Made by a program: the position numbers and the translations under genes
Part shown: positions 34,538 through 43,952 of the stretch, piece after piece
Numbering within the stretch: position 1 is the first letter of the stretch
Layout of the letters: each line of letters opens with the position of its first letter
Origin: Thiotrichales bacterium
GTDB taxonomy: Bacteria; Pseudomonadota; Gammaproteobacteria; Francisellales; CACEW01
NCBI GenBank assembly: GCA_947478525.1
Contig: CANJVU010000011.1
Coordinates: forward strand, 3,453-67,452
DNA: 64,000 bases
Direction: 5' to 3'
Notes under the pieces: generated by a model
The model's database searches: none
Seen by the model: only the letters and a program-made list of their open reading frames with translations
Told to the model about the DNA's origin: nothing

Positions 34538-36805
34538 TTAATTGACTGGGAACGGCACCGAGCCTACAGTGCTTGAAGCATTATAACTATTGGCACTGCT
34601 TGGACATTCTTTACCAACCGCCTGCTCATTGGCACAGGTCGATACGACAATCTGTCCTGCTGGCTGATTCACATCTGCCACCGGCAAAGTTAAGGTACCA
34701 CTACTACCACTGCCCAAAGATTGTCCTGACATGATATCGGGCATTGAAGCCTTGGTATTACCGATTGGGTTAATGTAATAAACTGCGCTCGAAGGCTGGC
34801 CTTTTGGAATCGTCCAGGTCGCCGTCAACGCACAACTGGTAGCACCACAGGTAAACCCAGTACCGTAACCCGTAATTGTCACTGCTTGTAACTGCAAATT
34901 AGGCGCAGGAGAAGATGCACCCTGCATTTGGTGTCCACCGATATACTTATTCAATGCATTAGGGCACTCGTATCGATTGACACTCGCTGTATCACTGGGA
35001 ATGCACGCATAAACCGAGGCTTGTACAAGCACCGGAGCAGGCACTTGCTTAGGACTCAGCGGGAAGGTAATGGTTTGCGAGGTAGCCGTGCTATCCGCAA
35101 GCTCAAACGATGGCGCAGTAAAGACCACACTCGTTGCGACCGGTGAAGGCGTTGGTAATGCAAAGTACTTAACCGAGCCATCTTGACCCTTAGGATTAGT
35201 CCAATTAACCGTCATGGTACAACTGCTGGTAGTACAACTAGCATTGGTCAAGGTAACCTTTTGCGCCGCAAATACGTTATTCGCATGCGGGTATTCATTA
35301 TAATTAGGCCCTGGCGCTGGCACATGCAGATCACCCACATCACCAAAGGTAATCAACACAGGCTCAACCGTCGCCCCCGGACTATTGTTATTTACCGAAA
35401 TCGTACCATCCTGTTTCAACACATCGTCAAACGCAAAGGCATAAACCGGATTGGCTGAGGTTTTATGAATAGCCTGCGCGTACAAATCAAACCAGGGACC
35501 CTCACCCGGCGCATAGGCCGATTTAACATAGGCTTTACCGGATAGAACGGTATTTGGCGTGTAGTAAGTACTCTTATTGTTTTCAAAGTAACTGGCATTC
35601 AAATCACCCGCCATCGGCAGGAAGCCAACTGAAAACGCCGAGGTTATGTATTTCACGATCACACTACGCACGGTGCCATCTGGCGTATCCAACGGCACCT
35701 GTCCTGGACCAAAAAAGTCGCCGGAAGTCGCTTGATTCAAATCAATCGTCACCGCCATGCTGTCTGCTGGCGTGGCAGGCGCATTGTTAAACACCCATTT
35801 ACCCGCTTGGTTCACAGAACCGGTAAATACGTACGCGTTAGGATCGGTGCCACTGCCTAATTGCACCCACTCTGGGTATTTCTTGGCATCCACTTCGCTG
35901 CAATCAATGGTAATCGCATTGGCCGGATTGCTGTAATAGCTGCTCAACGTATTCAGATAATTAAATCCAGTTGATGAGGTAAGATAGTTATTATTAAAAG
36001 TCGGCGAGGTATTGGGCGCATCAATCCGCAATATCGTCTTGTATTGATCAACACTGGTTACTATCAGACTCGACCAATCGCTATTGCCTGAATTATCTAA
36101 AATATTTTCAATGCTATGGATAATATGATGACGAGTTTGTCCGGTATATCCATTGTTCTGAGTAACATGGGTGGTAAGGTCAGTATAGGCCAACGCAATC
36201 GGCAAACCAAAATCATCAACTGAAGTGGTGTCAATCCAGAATGTATTCGTATTATCATAGGTATATTCAAATTTGTCATAGATCAAATTATAGTTACCAT
36301 CGGCGGTATTGGAAAGGCTCGGTGCCTGAATGCTCACAGTACCGTCTGCAGCTAGCGTCATAGGAATATCCAATGGATAATTTAATGACACAAATGCACG
36401 ACCACTGATCATATTGGGAACATAAATAATTACTGGCTCCCCTACATTGGGTTGCAGGCTTGCCATACTATAGGAAAAGTCCGCCGCCCTGGTGCTCATG
36501 CTGATATTATCACACGTCGCGACCCAGGCATTATAACCAGCGATACTGGAATCGGGTGTTTTAGGTAATTGCAATAAACATTGTGGATTAGGAGAATTCA
36601 TTTGCTTACCAGTGAACAACAGATAAACATTAGTTACCCCCTGCACCGTAGCACCACTGCCGATATTATTTTGAATCTGAATTGGAAAATACCCCGCCAT
36701 CGCCGGAACTGGATTTACGGTTGACGTAGCCGCATAAATATTGGCTGAAAGCGCAAGGCCAACAGCCAGGCCGATGAGATTAACATTTTTGATTGATATT
36801 GACAT
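34538..36805 (-). CDS. secreted GH64-like beta-1,3-glucanase-domain protein with two C-terminal beta-rich repeat modules
   Basis: Signal peptide ...LSANIYAA. GH64-like blocks: ISGRAFVSLNYPL, IYDKFEYTYDNTNTFWIDTTSVDDFGLPIAL and YAFAFDDV. Two Cys-containing repeats of about 90 aa follow (VTLTNASCTTSSCTMTVNWTNPKGQ and VTITGYGTGFTCGATSCALTATWTIPKGQ). Confidence 0.6.
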   Translation of the reverse strand: MSISIKNVNLIGLAVGLALSANIYAATSTVNPVPAMAGYFPIQIQNNIGSGATVQGVTNVYLLFTGKQMNSPNPQCLLQLPKTPDSSIAGYNAWVATCDNISMSTRAADFSYSMASLQPNVGEPVIIYVPNMISGRAFVSLNYPLDIPMTLAADGTVSIQAPSLSNTADGNYNLIYDKFEYTYDNTNTFWIDTTSVDDFGLPIALAYTDLTTHVTQNNGYTGQTRHHIIHSIENILDNSGNSDWSSLIVTSVDQYKTILRIDAPNTSPTFNNNYLTSSTGFNYLNTLSSYYSNPANAITIDCSEVDAKKYPEWVQLGSGTDPNAYVFTGSVNQAGKWVFNNAPATPADSMAVTIDLNQATSGDFFGPGQVPLDTPDGTVRSVIVKYITSAFSVGFLPMAGDLNASYFENNKSTYYTPNTVLSGKAYVKSAYAPGEGPWFDLYAQAIHKTSANPVYAFAFDDVLKQDGTISVNNNSPGATVEPVLITFGDVGDLHVPAPGPNYNEYPHANNVFAAQKVTLTNASCTTSSCTMTVNWTNPKGQDGSVKYFALPTPSPVATSVVFTAPSFELADSTATSQTITFPLSPKQVPAPVLVQASVYACIPSDTASVNRYECPNALNKYIGGHQMQGASSPAPNLQLQAVTITGYGTGFTCGATSCALTATWTIPKGQPSSAVYYINPIGNTKASMPDIMSGQSLGSGSSGTLTLPVADVNQPAGQIVVSTCANEQAVGKECPSSANSYNASSTVGSVPFPVN

Positions 36806-36889
36806 GTGGCATTCACTCCATCTGATTTAATTCTTAGGAATTGTATCATACTTTTTTCTCAGAAAAATTATTTAAAAAAATCATTTCTC

Positions 36890-36918
36890 TTGAAGTTTCC
36901 CCCGCGTCCTGCTAACAT
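36890..36918 (+). promoter_or_regulatory. candidate rne promoter
   Basis: TTGAAG at 36890-36895, a 17-nt spacer, then TAACAT at 36913-36918. An A/T-rich UP-like tract precedes it. Confidence 0.35.
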
Positions 36919-37266
36919 GCTCCTCAGAGTAGTGTAATTTTGCATGAGAGTGCATCCCTGCTCACAAGTTTTACGGCCCTGGATCACAGTGAGTGACATT
37001 TCAAAAAGCACTGCCACCGCCGATTTACTTGGCAATAATATTAACGAACGCGTCATTGCCATACAATATGTCGTTTAACCCGCAGCACCAGGAATTTTGA
37101 ATAACATCAGTTAACAACCATTATGAGACACAGTAAACACACCTCCTCTACACTGATCAATTCACCCCTTCGCCAGAATTTTTCTGACCGAAGTGATGGT
37201 TCCTGCACAACTGGTTAACCCACATCTCTTGCTATGCCAATACGCACAACCAATGGAAGTGCGAAC
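36919..37266 (+). promoter_or_regulatory. long rne 5' leader (probable autoregulatory UTR)
   Basis: About 460 nt of non-coding DNA precedes rne. This is comparable to the long structured rne leader known in E. coli. Confidence 0.4.
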
Positions 37267-39720
37267 ATGTCTAAAAGAAAAATGTTTATTAATGCCACGC
37301 AGGCTGAAGAAACCCGCGTAGCGCTGACTGAAGATAATCGTCTGATTGATCTTGATATCGAAATGCAAAGTCGGCTGCAGAAAAAAGCCAATATTTACAA
37401 AGCCAAAATTGCGCGCATTGAGCCCAGTTTAAACGCGGTATTTGTGGATTATGGCTCAGAACGCCACGGCTTCTTGCCCGTGAAAGAAATCGCCCCGGAA
37501 TACTTTACCGGTCGCGGCGGCCAGAACGATATCAAAAACTCCCTGCGCGAAGGCCAAGAGTTAATGATTCAAATTGAAAAAGAAGAACGCGGCAACAAAG
37601 GCGCTGCGGTTACTACTTATATTACCTTAGCCGGTTGTTACTTGGTGCTAATGCCCAACAACACCAATGCTGGCGGCATTTCCCGTCGCATTGAAGGCGA
37701 TGAACGTCAAATGCTCAAAAACGTACTCAACAGCTTGGAAATCCCCAAAGAAATGAGTGTGATTGTGCGCACCGCGGGTATGGGTCGCTCACCGGAAGAA
37801 TTAGAATGGGACTTACGCGCCCTGATGAAATTGTGGGATGCCATTATTAAAGGCGCCGAAAGCAAAGAGGCACCATTTCTGATCTATCAAGAATCTGATG
37901 TAATCTTACGTTCGATGCGCGATTATCTGCGCGAAGAAATTTCCGAAATTATCCTCGACAATGAAAAAGTCTATAACCGCGTGTTGCACCATGTGAAGCA
38001 ATTCCGCCCAGACTTTGTTACGCGCTTGCATTTCTACAACGATCCAATTCCCTTATTTACCAAATACCGCATTGAATCACAAATTGAAACGGCGTATCAA
38101 CGCGAAGTGACACTGCCATCAGGTGGCGCAGTCGTGATTGACCACACCGAAGCATTAACCTCCATCGACATCAACTCGGCACGCGCCACGAAAGCGGATG
38201 ACATCGAAGCCACTGCACTACAAACCAACCTGGAAGCGTCCGATGAAATTGCACGTCAGTTGCGGTTACGCGATTTGGGCGGTCTGGTGGTCATCGACTT
38301 TATTGACATGATGGAAAACGCCAACAAAACCAAAGTCGAAGAACGTTTGGCCGCCGCACTCAAACCCGATCGGGCGCGCGTGCAAGTGGGTCAAATATCC
38401 CGTTTTGGATTACTCGAAATGTCACGCCAACGCTTACGCCCCTCCTTGGCGGAAGGCGTAGAAAAAGTCTGCCCACGGTGTAATGGCCAAGGCGTGATTC
38501 GCGACGTGCAATCTTTAGTGGTATCGATGCTGCGCTTGATCAAAGAGCAAGCTTCAAAAGCGGGCACCACCGAATTGATTTTACAATTACCTTTAACCAT
38601 CGCAGCGTATTTGTCGAATGAAAAACGTGATGATATTCATCAATTGGAAAAACAACATGGCATACGCATTTTGTTGATTCCCAATCCGCATATGGAAACT
38701 CCCAACTATGACCTAAAACGCCGCACCAATAAAATGGTTAGCGAAGAAAGCCATAATCTACTAATCAGCGCTTCTACCGACACAATCGAAGCATTATTGA
38801 CACCACCAAAAGCCGCGGAAGAACCCTTGGTAAAAATGGTCAATGTTGAAGCAGCACCGATTCGTGGCGCCAATACCCAAGCCGTCAGCAAGAATAAAGA
38901 GGTCAAAAAACCACAAGGGTTGTTTAGCAAAATCAAAGCGTTGTTTGCCAGCAATGACACTGAAGTGAATAAAGCAGAACAAAAAACGGCAAAACCAGAA
39001 GCAAGTAAAAATAGAAACCCCAGCCCTAATCAAGGCAGCCAACGTCGCCCTCGATCAGCGGATGGTAAAAATCAACCACCCAGAGGTAACAAACCGGCAG
39101 GCGAAAAACCCGTTCAAGGTGGACAAACTCGTGATGGCGCGCCAAAACCACAAGGTCAAGGACAACAAAGTCAGGGGCAAAACCAAGGTCGCAACAATCG
39201 CAACAAACCGAATGAACAACGTCGCAAACCAGCAGACAATGCTCAACCAGGTAGCGTAGCTGCGGATCAACAACCACAGCAACAGCGCGAGCGGACCCCT
39301 AGACCACCACGTAACCGTGATACAGCACCGAGAACCACTGAGCAACAACAACTGCCACTGGCGCCAGCGCATGTCGATCATGTACCGACAACCACTGTAA
39401 ATGCAGCACCTGCTGCACCTAAAGTGCAAAAGATTTTAACCACCCCACCAGTTAAAACCACTGCACCAGCAGCATTTACGCCATCAGCTGCAGCGCCTGT
39501 TGCACCAAAAGCGCCACGCAGCACTGTGGGCAAAATGCAGATTCAGGAAGTGGTGCAAACCACTGATTTTTCACTGGAACAAGCCCGCGAAAAACTGGCA
39601 AAGCATAATGCCGCACCCATGCAGGTGGTGGAATCGCAACAACAAAGCCTACTGCCCAAGCAAAAAAGCGTGAAGCAGTTTGAAGTACAGGAAGTTAGCG
39701 TTTCAGATAAAAAAGAATAA
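37267..39720 (+). CDS. rne: ribonuclease E
   Basis: MFINATQAEETRVAL N-terminus, S1 domain, the catalytic region VIDFIDM, a CPRCNGQG zinc link, and a low-complexity Q/P/R/N-rich C-terminal scaffold. Start is the ATG at 37267. Confidence 0.95.
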   Translation: MSKRKMFINATQAEETRVALTEDNRLIDLDIEMQSRLQKKANIYKAKIARIEPSLNAVFVDYGSERHGFLPVKEIAPEYFTGRGGQNDIKNSLREGQELMIQIEKEERGNKGAAVTTYITLAGCYLVLMPNNTNAGGISRRIEGDERQMLKNVLNSLEIPKEMSVIVRTAGMGRSPEELEWDLRALMKLWDAIIKGAESKEAPFLIYQESDVILRSMRDYLREEISEIILDNEKVYNRVLHHVKQFRPDFVTRLHFYNDPIPLFTKYRIESQIETAYQREVTLPSGGAVVIDHTEALTSIDINSARATKADDIEATALQTNLEASDEIARQLRLRDLGGLVVIDFIDMMENANKTKVEERLAAALKPDRARVQVGQISRFGLLEMSRQRLRPSLAEGVEKVCPRCNGQGVIRDVQSLVVSMLRLIKEQASKAGTTELILQLPLTIAAYLSNEKRDDIHQLEKQHGIRILLIPNPHMETPNYDLKRRTNKMVSEESHNLLISASTDTIEALLTPPKAAEEPLVKMVNVEAAPIRGANTQAVSKNKEVKKPQGLFSKIKALFASNDTEVNKAEQKTAKPEASKNRNPSPNQGSQRRPRSADGKNQPPRGNKPAGEKPVQGGQTRDGAPKPQGQGQQSQGQNQGRNNRNKPNEQRRKPADNAQPGSVAADQQPQQQRERTPRPPRNRDTAPRTTEQQQLPLAPAHVDHVPTTTVNAAPAAPKVQKILTTPPVKTTAPAAFTPSAAAPVAPKAPRSTVGKMQIQEVVQTTDFSLEQAREKLAKHNAAPMQVVESQQQSLLPKQKSVKQFEVQEVSVSDKKE

Positions 39721-40461
39721 CTTTCTCACCCGCTCCAACCCTTCTTGCGTATCCACGCCAGGGGGGTTGTGAGTACCGGCAATATCGACATGAATCTTCA
39801 AGCCATGCCACAGCACGCGCAGTTGCTCTAATGCTTCAATCTGCTCCAACGGGCTACGCTCCAGATTAGCATAACGATGTAGAAATGCACCGCGATAGCA
39901 ATAAATACCAATATGCTGAAGGTTATCCATTTGTGCCGGCAATTCAGCGGGGAATTTTGCACGATCCCACGGAATCGGCCCACGGCTAAAGTACATGGCA
40001 TAACCATTTTTATCGCGCACCACTTTCACAATATTAGGATCCATAATATCCTTTAATTGTGTCATACGTTCACATAACGTCGCCATTGCCGCATCTGGAT
40101 GACGTTCGCAGTTTTTTGCTACTTGAACAATATTCTCGACTGGAATCAATGGTTCATCACCTTGCACCCCGACGATCACATCCTCCTTGGCATACCCCAT
40201 TTTTTCGAATGCTTCAGCCAAGCGATCCGTTCCGGTGGAGTGTTTAATATCAGTCATACACACGTTTGCACCCCAAGTCTGCGCAGCATTGGCAATACGC
40301 TGGTCATCCGTCGCAATTAACACACTGTCAAATTGACAAGAAACCGCTTTTTCCCACACATGCTGCAACATCGGTTTGCCCGCAATATCAAGCAACATTT
40401 TCTGCGGCAAACGCGTTGACGCATAACGCGCCGGAATGATGATGCGTCTAGCCATGATCAA
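39703..40461 (-). CDS. kdsB: 3-deoxy-manno-octulosonate cytidylyltransferase
   Basis: [19 protein letters not shown] and VQGDEP motifs. Confidence 0.93.
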   Translation of the reverse strand: MIMARRIIIPARYASTRLPQKMLLDIAGKPMLQHVWEKAVSCQFDSVLIATDDQRIANAAQTWGANVCMTDIKHSTGTDRLAEAFEKMGYAKEDVIVGVQGDEPLIPVENIVQVAKNCERHPDAAMATLCERMTQLKDIMDPNIVKVVRDKNGYAMYFSRGPIPWDRAKFPAELPAQMDNLQHIGIYCYRGAFLHRYANLERSPLEQIEALEQLRVLWHGLKIHVDIAGTHNPPGVDTQEGLERVRKLFFFI

Positions 40462-40633
40462 GTTCTTCCAACCTTAATTTACGCGCCTCATCGACCAGCA
40501 TCACCGGAATATCATCAACAATGCGATACGCCAATTTCTCGGCACGACACCACAGCTCTTGTTGTGACTGATGGTATTGCAAAATACCTTTGCAAACCGG
40601 ACATACCAAAATTTCCAACAATTTCTTATCCAT
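40448..40633 (-). CDS. ycaR: Trm112/YcaR-family (UPF0434) small protein
   Basis: [12 protein letters not shown]...[11 protein letters not shown], within the conserved lpxK-ycaR-kdsB order. Confidence 0.9.
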   Translation of the reverse strand: MDKKLLEILVCPVCKGILQYHQSQQELWCRAEKLAYRIVDDIPVMLVDEARKLRLEELDHG

Positions 40634-41618
40634 GGCTTTTCCTTTGAACTAATTTTTCTAACAACGCTTTTAAAAAAGTTTCTTCCAATTTTGCTTCCAC
40701 TGGCAAATACCACCAATTGTCCTCTGCGAACGCCTTACATTTTACCGCATCTTTCTCGGTCATCACCACTGCTAATTGATCATCAAAGTCGAAGTCTTCT
40801 CTTTTATACGCATAATGATCGGGGAATGAATGTTCGAGGATCTCGCAACCCAATTCACGCAACTGATTAAAAAATCGATTATTATTACCAATTCCCGCGA
40901 CTGCATGAATAATTTGATCGCTCAATTTTTTCCAATTTAGCGAAACGAATGGTTTTTTTATATTAACAAAATCAATGGGTTGCAATGACATTCCCTGCTC
41001 CCCAGGGCATAATGTGCCACCATTGTTCACCACAAAGTCGACAGTCTTTAATCGCGACGCCGGTTCGCGCAAGGGCCCGGCCGGTAAACAAAAACCATTG
41101 CCTAAACGGCGCTGACCGTCAATCACCACGATTTCAATATCACGTGGCATTTTATAATGCTGCAAACCATCATCGCTCAGAATCACATTACAGGAAGTAT
41201 TCTTCAAAACATCGTCAATGGCACGGGTACGTTTAGGGTCAATAATAACTGGGCAGCCAGTCGCACGGGCAATGCATAAGGGCTCATCACCGCTTATTGC
41301 AGGATCCTGATCTGGCAACACCCGATGTGGAAATTGTGAGGGATGAGCGCCATAGCCACGACTGATCACCGCCGGTTCATATCCCTGCTGCTTTAAATAT
41401 TTTACCAAGGCAATAATCAACGGCGTTTTACCACTTCCCCCAACCACAATATTGCCAACAACAATGATGGGAACAGGATAGCAAATCTTAGAAGATTTTT
41501 TTTGATAATAGCAGCGACGTAAAGCAGAAATCGCACAAAATACCCAGGAAAATGGCACTAATGGCCAGAGCAATGTAGAGTGTTTATACCACACTCTATT
41601 CATCATCGACGTCGACAT
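40626..41618 (-). CDS. lpxK: tetraacyldisaccharide 4'-kinase
   Basis: P-loop [13 protein letters not shown] and ILSDDGLQH. Confidence 0.93.
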   Translation of the reverse strand: MSTSMMNRVWYKHSTLLWPLVPFSWVFCAISALRRCYYQKKSSKICYPVPIIVVGNIVVGGSGKTPLIIALVKYLKQQGYEPAVISRGYGAHPSQFPHRVLPDQDPAISGDEPLCIARATGCPVIIDPKRTRAIDDVLKNTSCNVILSDDGLQHYKMPRDIEIVVIDGQRRLGNGFCLPAGPLREPASRLKTVDFVVNNGGTLCPGEQGMSLQPIDFVNIKKPFVSLNWKKLSDQIIHAVAGIGNNNRFFNQLRELGCEILEHSFPDHYAYKREDFDFDDQLAVVMTEKDAVKCKAFAEDNWWYLPVEAKLEETFLKALLEKLVQRKSHG

Positions 41619-41937
41619 CTTCTATGGGTAGAATAATATCGGGAGTCACTACCACAACCGGGGGTATTGAACGATGGGTAGATTTAATTACCTCTGCTTT
41701 CAAAGTAAAAAAAGCGCGTTTAAATTCAGGATTTCCACCCTGTTGTTCAACAATCAATGCTAAAATATCAACCACATCTTCAGGCGTACTTGATTCTGCC
41801 TGCAGCACGTCATTGATCATACCGTCAAATTCTTCCACATCCCATTTCGCATGATGTTTATTAATAAACGCTTTGACCTTTTCCAAGGTGCTTCCGGTTA
41901 ATTTTGAATATAGAGCTTTATAATCCAGCTTCGCCAT
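41596..41937 (-). CDS. hypothetical small acidic protein
   Basis: I trimmed the start to MAKLDYKAL (113 aa). Acidic tail EDVDVDDE. It overlaps the lpxK start by 23 nt. Confidence 0.5.
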   Translation of the reverse strand: MAKLDYKALYSKLTGSTLEKVKAFINKHHAKWDVEEFDGMINDVLQAESSTPEDVVDILALIVEQQGGNPEFKRAFFTLKAEVIKSTHRSIPPVVVVTPDIILPIEDVDVDDE

Positions 41938-42012
41938 ATGAATTTCCTTTGTACCAAACAATGGCAAATGTATCAGGTTTTTTAAAATTCGCAACAGAAA
42001 AATGAGCAAATT

Positions 42013-43032
42013 TTAACTTCCGCTCAACACCAAGTCGGTCAAAGGCCAGCGAGGTTTCACCATGATCTCAAGATTAATATTTTTTGATTGTAACAGCCGC
42101 ATCGCACCCGCATAGGCGATCATCGCACCATTATCCGTGCAAAAGGGTAGGCTGGGATAATACACTTGCCACCCCTTTTGCTGCGCCAATTGATCCAGTG
42201 TTTGACGCAACGCATAATTAGCACTGACGCCACCGGCAATGACCAACCGTTTCAAGCCAGTTTGCTGCAAGGCTCGGGTACATTTGATGATGAGCGTATC
42301 CACCACTGCCTGCTGAAACGCACAGGCGATATCGGCTTTGGTTTGCTCAGCTTTATCCGATTGTTGATAGGCATTGAGTGCCGCGGTTTTTAACCCGCTG
42401 AAACTAAAATCTAAACCAGGACGATCGGTCATTGGTCGTGGAAATACAAATCTACCGGGCTTACCCTGATCTGCCAATTTCGCTAACGCAGGACCACCAG
42501 GATACGGCAAGCTCATCATTTTCGCGGTTTTATCAAATGCTTCACCTGCCGCATCATCAATCGATTGCCCCAACAATTCATAGCGACCCAACTCTTGCAC
42601 GGCCACCAATTGCGTATGCCCACCAGACACCAGCAACGCCACAAACGGAAATTCGGGTTTATTCGCTTCCAACATCGGCGCCAGCAAATGCCCTTCCATG
42701 TGATGCACCCCAACCGCTGGAATATTTAATGCCATGGCTAAACTTTGGCCAATCGCTGCGCCAACCATCAATGCCCCTTGCAACCCAGGACCCGAGGTAT
42801 AAGCAATGCCCTCGATATCGGTTTTTTTTAACCCTGCCCGCTCGAGCACCTGTTCGATTAAAGGAATGGTCTTACGCACATGATCCCGCGAGGCTAATTC
42901 TGGCACCACCCCCCCATATTCGGCATGCAATTCAATTTGGCTAAATAACACATGCGCCAGCAAGCCATGGTCAGTGTCGTAGACCGCTACACCGGTTTCA
43001 TCGCAGGAAGTTTCGATGCCTAATACCCGCAT
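42013..43032 (-). CDS. tsaD: tRNA N6-adenosine threonylcarbamoyltransferase
   Basis: [25 protein letters not shown] and SGGHT. It is divergent from rpsU, as in other gammaproteobacteria. Confidence 0.95.
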   Translation of the reverse strand: MRVLGIETSCDETGVAVYDTDHGLLAHVLFSQIELHAEYGGVVPELASRDHVRKTIPLIEQVLERAGLKKTDIEGIAYTSGPGLQGALMVGAAIGQSLAMALNIPAVGVHHMEGHLLAPMLEANKPEFPFVALLVSGGHTQLVAVQELGRYELLGQSIDDAAGEAFDKTAKMMSLPYPGGPALAKLADQGKPGRFVFPRPMTDRPGLDFSFSGLKTAALNAYQQSDKAEQTKADIACAFQQAVVDTLIIKCTRALQQTGLKRLVIAGGVSANYALRQTLDQLAQQKGWQVYYPSLPFCTDNGAMIAYAGAMRLLQSKNINLEIMVKPRWPLTDLVLSGS

Positions 43033-43057
43033 ACCCTATCCTATTTCCAAAGATTCA

Positions 43058-43086
43058 TTGTATCTCACCCATCCTTCAGGTACAAT
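43058..43086 (+). promoter_or_regulatory. candidate rpsU operon promoter
   Basis: TTGTAT at 43058-43063, a 17-nt spacer, then TACAAT at 43081-43086. Confidence 0.5.
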
Positions 43087-43143
43087 GTCACCTCGTTTCG
43101 AATTTTAACCTGGCAAAGAAAATAATAAGGTAGGTGAGAAAGC

Positions 43144-43362
43144 ATGCCATCAGTTCGCGTAAGAGACACCGAGCCGTTTGACGTCGCCCTGCGTCGTTTC
43201 AAGCGCTCATGCGAAAAAGCCGGTGTTATGGCCGAATTGCGCGCTCGTGAAAGCTATGAAAAGCCGACAACAGAGCGTAAACGCAAGAAAGCCGCAGCGG
43301 TCAAGCGCCATTTGAAAAAAATGTCGCGCGGTGACAGCTCGTATAGCAGCAGTAAAGCTTAA
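43144..43362 (+). CDS. rpsU: 30S ribosomal protein S21
   Basis: [27 protein letters not shown] is canonical S21. Confidence 0.95.
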   Translation: MPSVRVRDTEPFDVALRRFKRSCEKAGVMAELRARESYEKPTTERKRKKAAAVKRHLKKMSRGDSSYSSSKA

Positions 43363-43367
43363 TCGCC

Positions 43368-43392
43368 AGGCACTCTTCGGAGTGCCTTTTTG
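43368..43392 (+). terminator. intra-operon terminator/attenuator after rpsU
   Basis: AGGCACTC-TTCG-GAGTGCCT (8-bp stem, tetraloop) followed by TTTT. It is analogous to the known terminator between rpsU and dnaG in E. coli. Confidence 0.75.
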
Positions 43393-43440
43393 ATTACGAT
43401 CCAGAACATCCCCATTATCCATCCAGTCGAGGCCATCATC

Positions 43441-43890
43441 ATGAGCTCCCCATTGAAAACCACCCTCACCGAAGCGATGAAAACTGCGATGAAATCGCAA
43501 GATAAAGGACGTTTAGGCACCATTCGCCTGATTTTATCTGCGATGAAACAAAAAGAAGTCGATGAACGCGTTGAGCTCACTGATCAAGATATCTTAGTCA
43601 TTCTCGACAAAATGCTCAAACAACGCCGCGACTCCATTCAACAATTCCAAGCCGCCAAACGGGATGATTTAGTCGCGCAAGAAATGGCGGAAGTAAAGGT
43701 GATTCAAGACTTCCTGCCCCAAGCACTCACCGATGCTGAAATTAATAGCATCATCGAACAAGCTGTTGTGCAATCAGGAGCCACCACCCTGCAAGATATG
43801 GGTAAAGTAATGGCACTGGTCAAACCCCAAGCCCAAGGCCGTGCTGATATGGCGATAGTCAGTCAACTGATTAAGAAACGATTTGGTTAA
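43441..43890 (+). CDS. yqeY: GatB/YqeY-domain protein
   Basis: LTEAMKTAMKSQDKGRLGTIRLILSAMKQKEVDER is typical YqeY. Start trimmed to the ATG at 43441. Confidence 0.85.
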   Translation: MSSPLKTTLTEAMKTAMKSQDKGRLGTIRLILSAMKQKEVDERVELTDQDILVILDKMLKQRRDSIQQFQAAKRDDLVAQEMAEVKVIQDFLPQALTDAEINSIIEQAVVQSGATTLQDMGKVMALVKPQAQGRADMAIVSQLIKKRFG

Positions 43891-43952
43891 TTGCTTCAAC
43901 CCATTCACCTAAACATGGTATGATCCCCTCAACACAACTGACCTGAATACCC

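Noticed and set aside
36868-37368. Two minus-strand ORFs of 64 and 68 aa upstream of and overlapping the rne start.
   Set aside because: They lie in the expected rne leader and promoter region, have no RBS, and one overlaps the rne start codon. I treated the region as non-coding leader.
38706-39429. Several minus-strand ORFs (82-124 aa) and a plus-strand 65-aa ORF in the rne 3' half.
   Set aside because: They arise from the low-complexity Q/P/R/N-rich C-terminal scaffold of RNase E and have no independent support.
42432-42944. A 170-aa plus-strand ORF.
   Set aside because: It lies antisense to tsaD, whose frame carries all the canonical Kae1/TsaD motifs.
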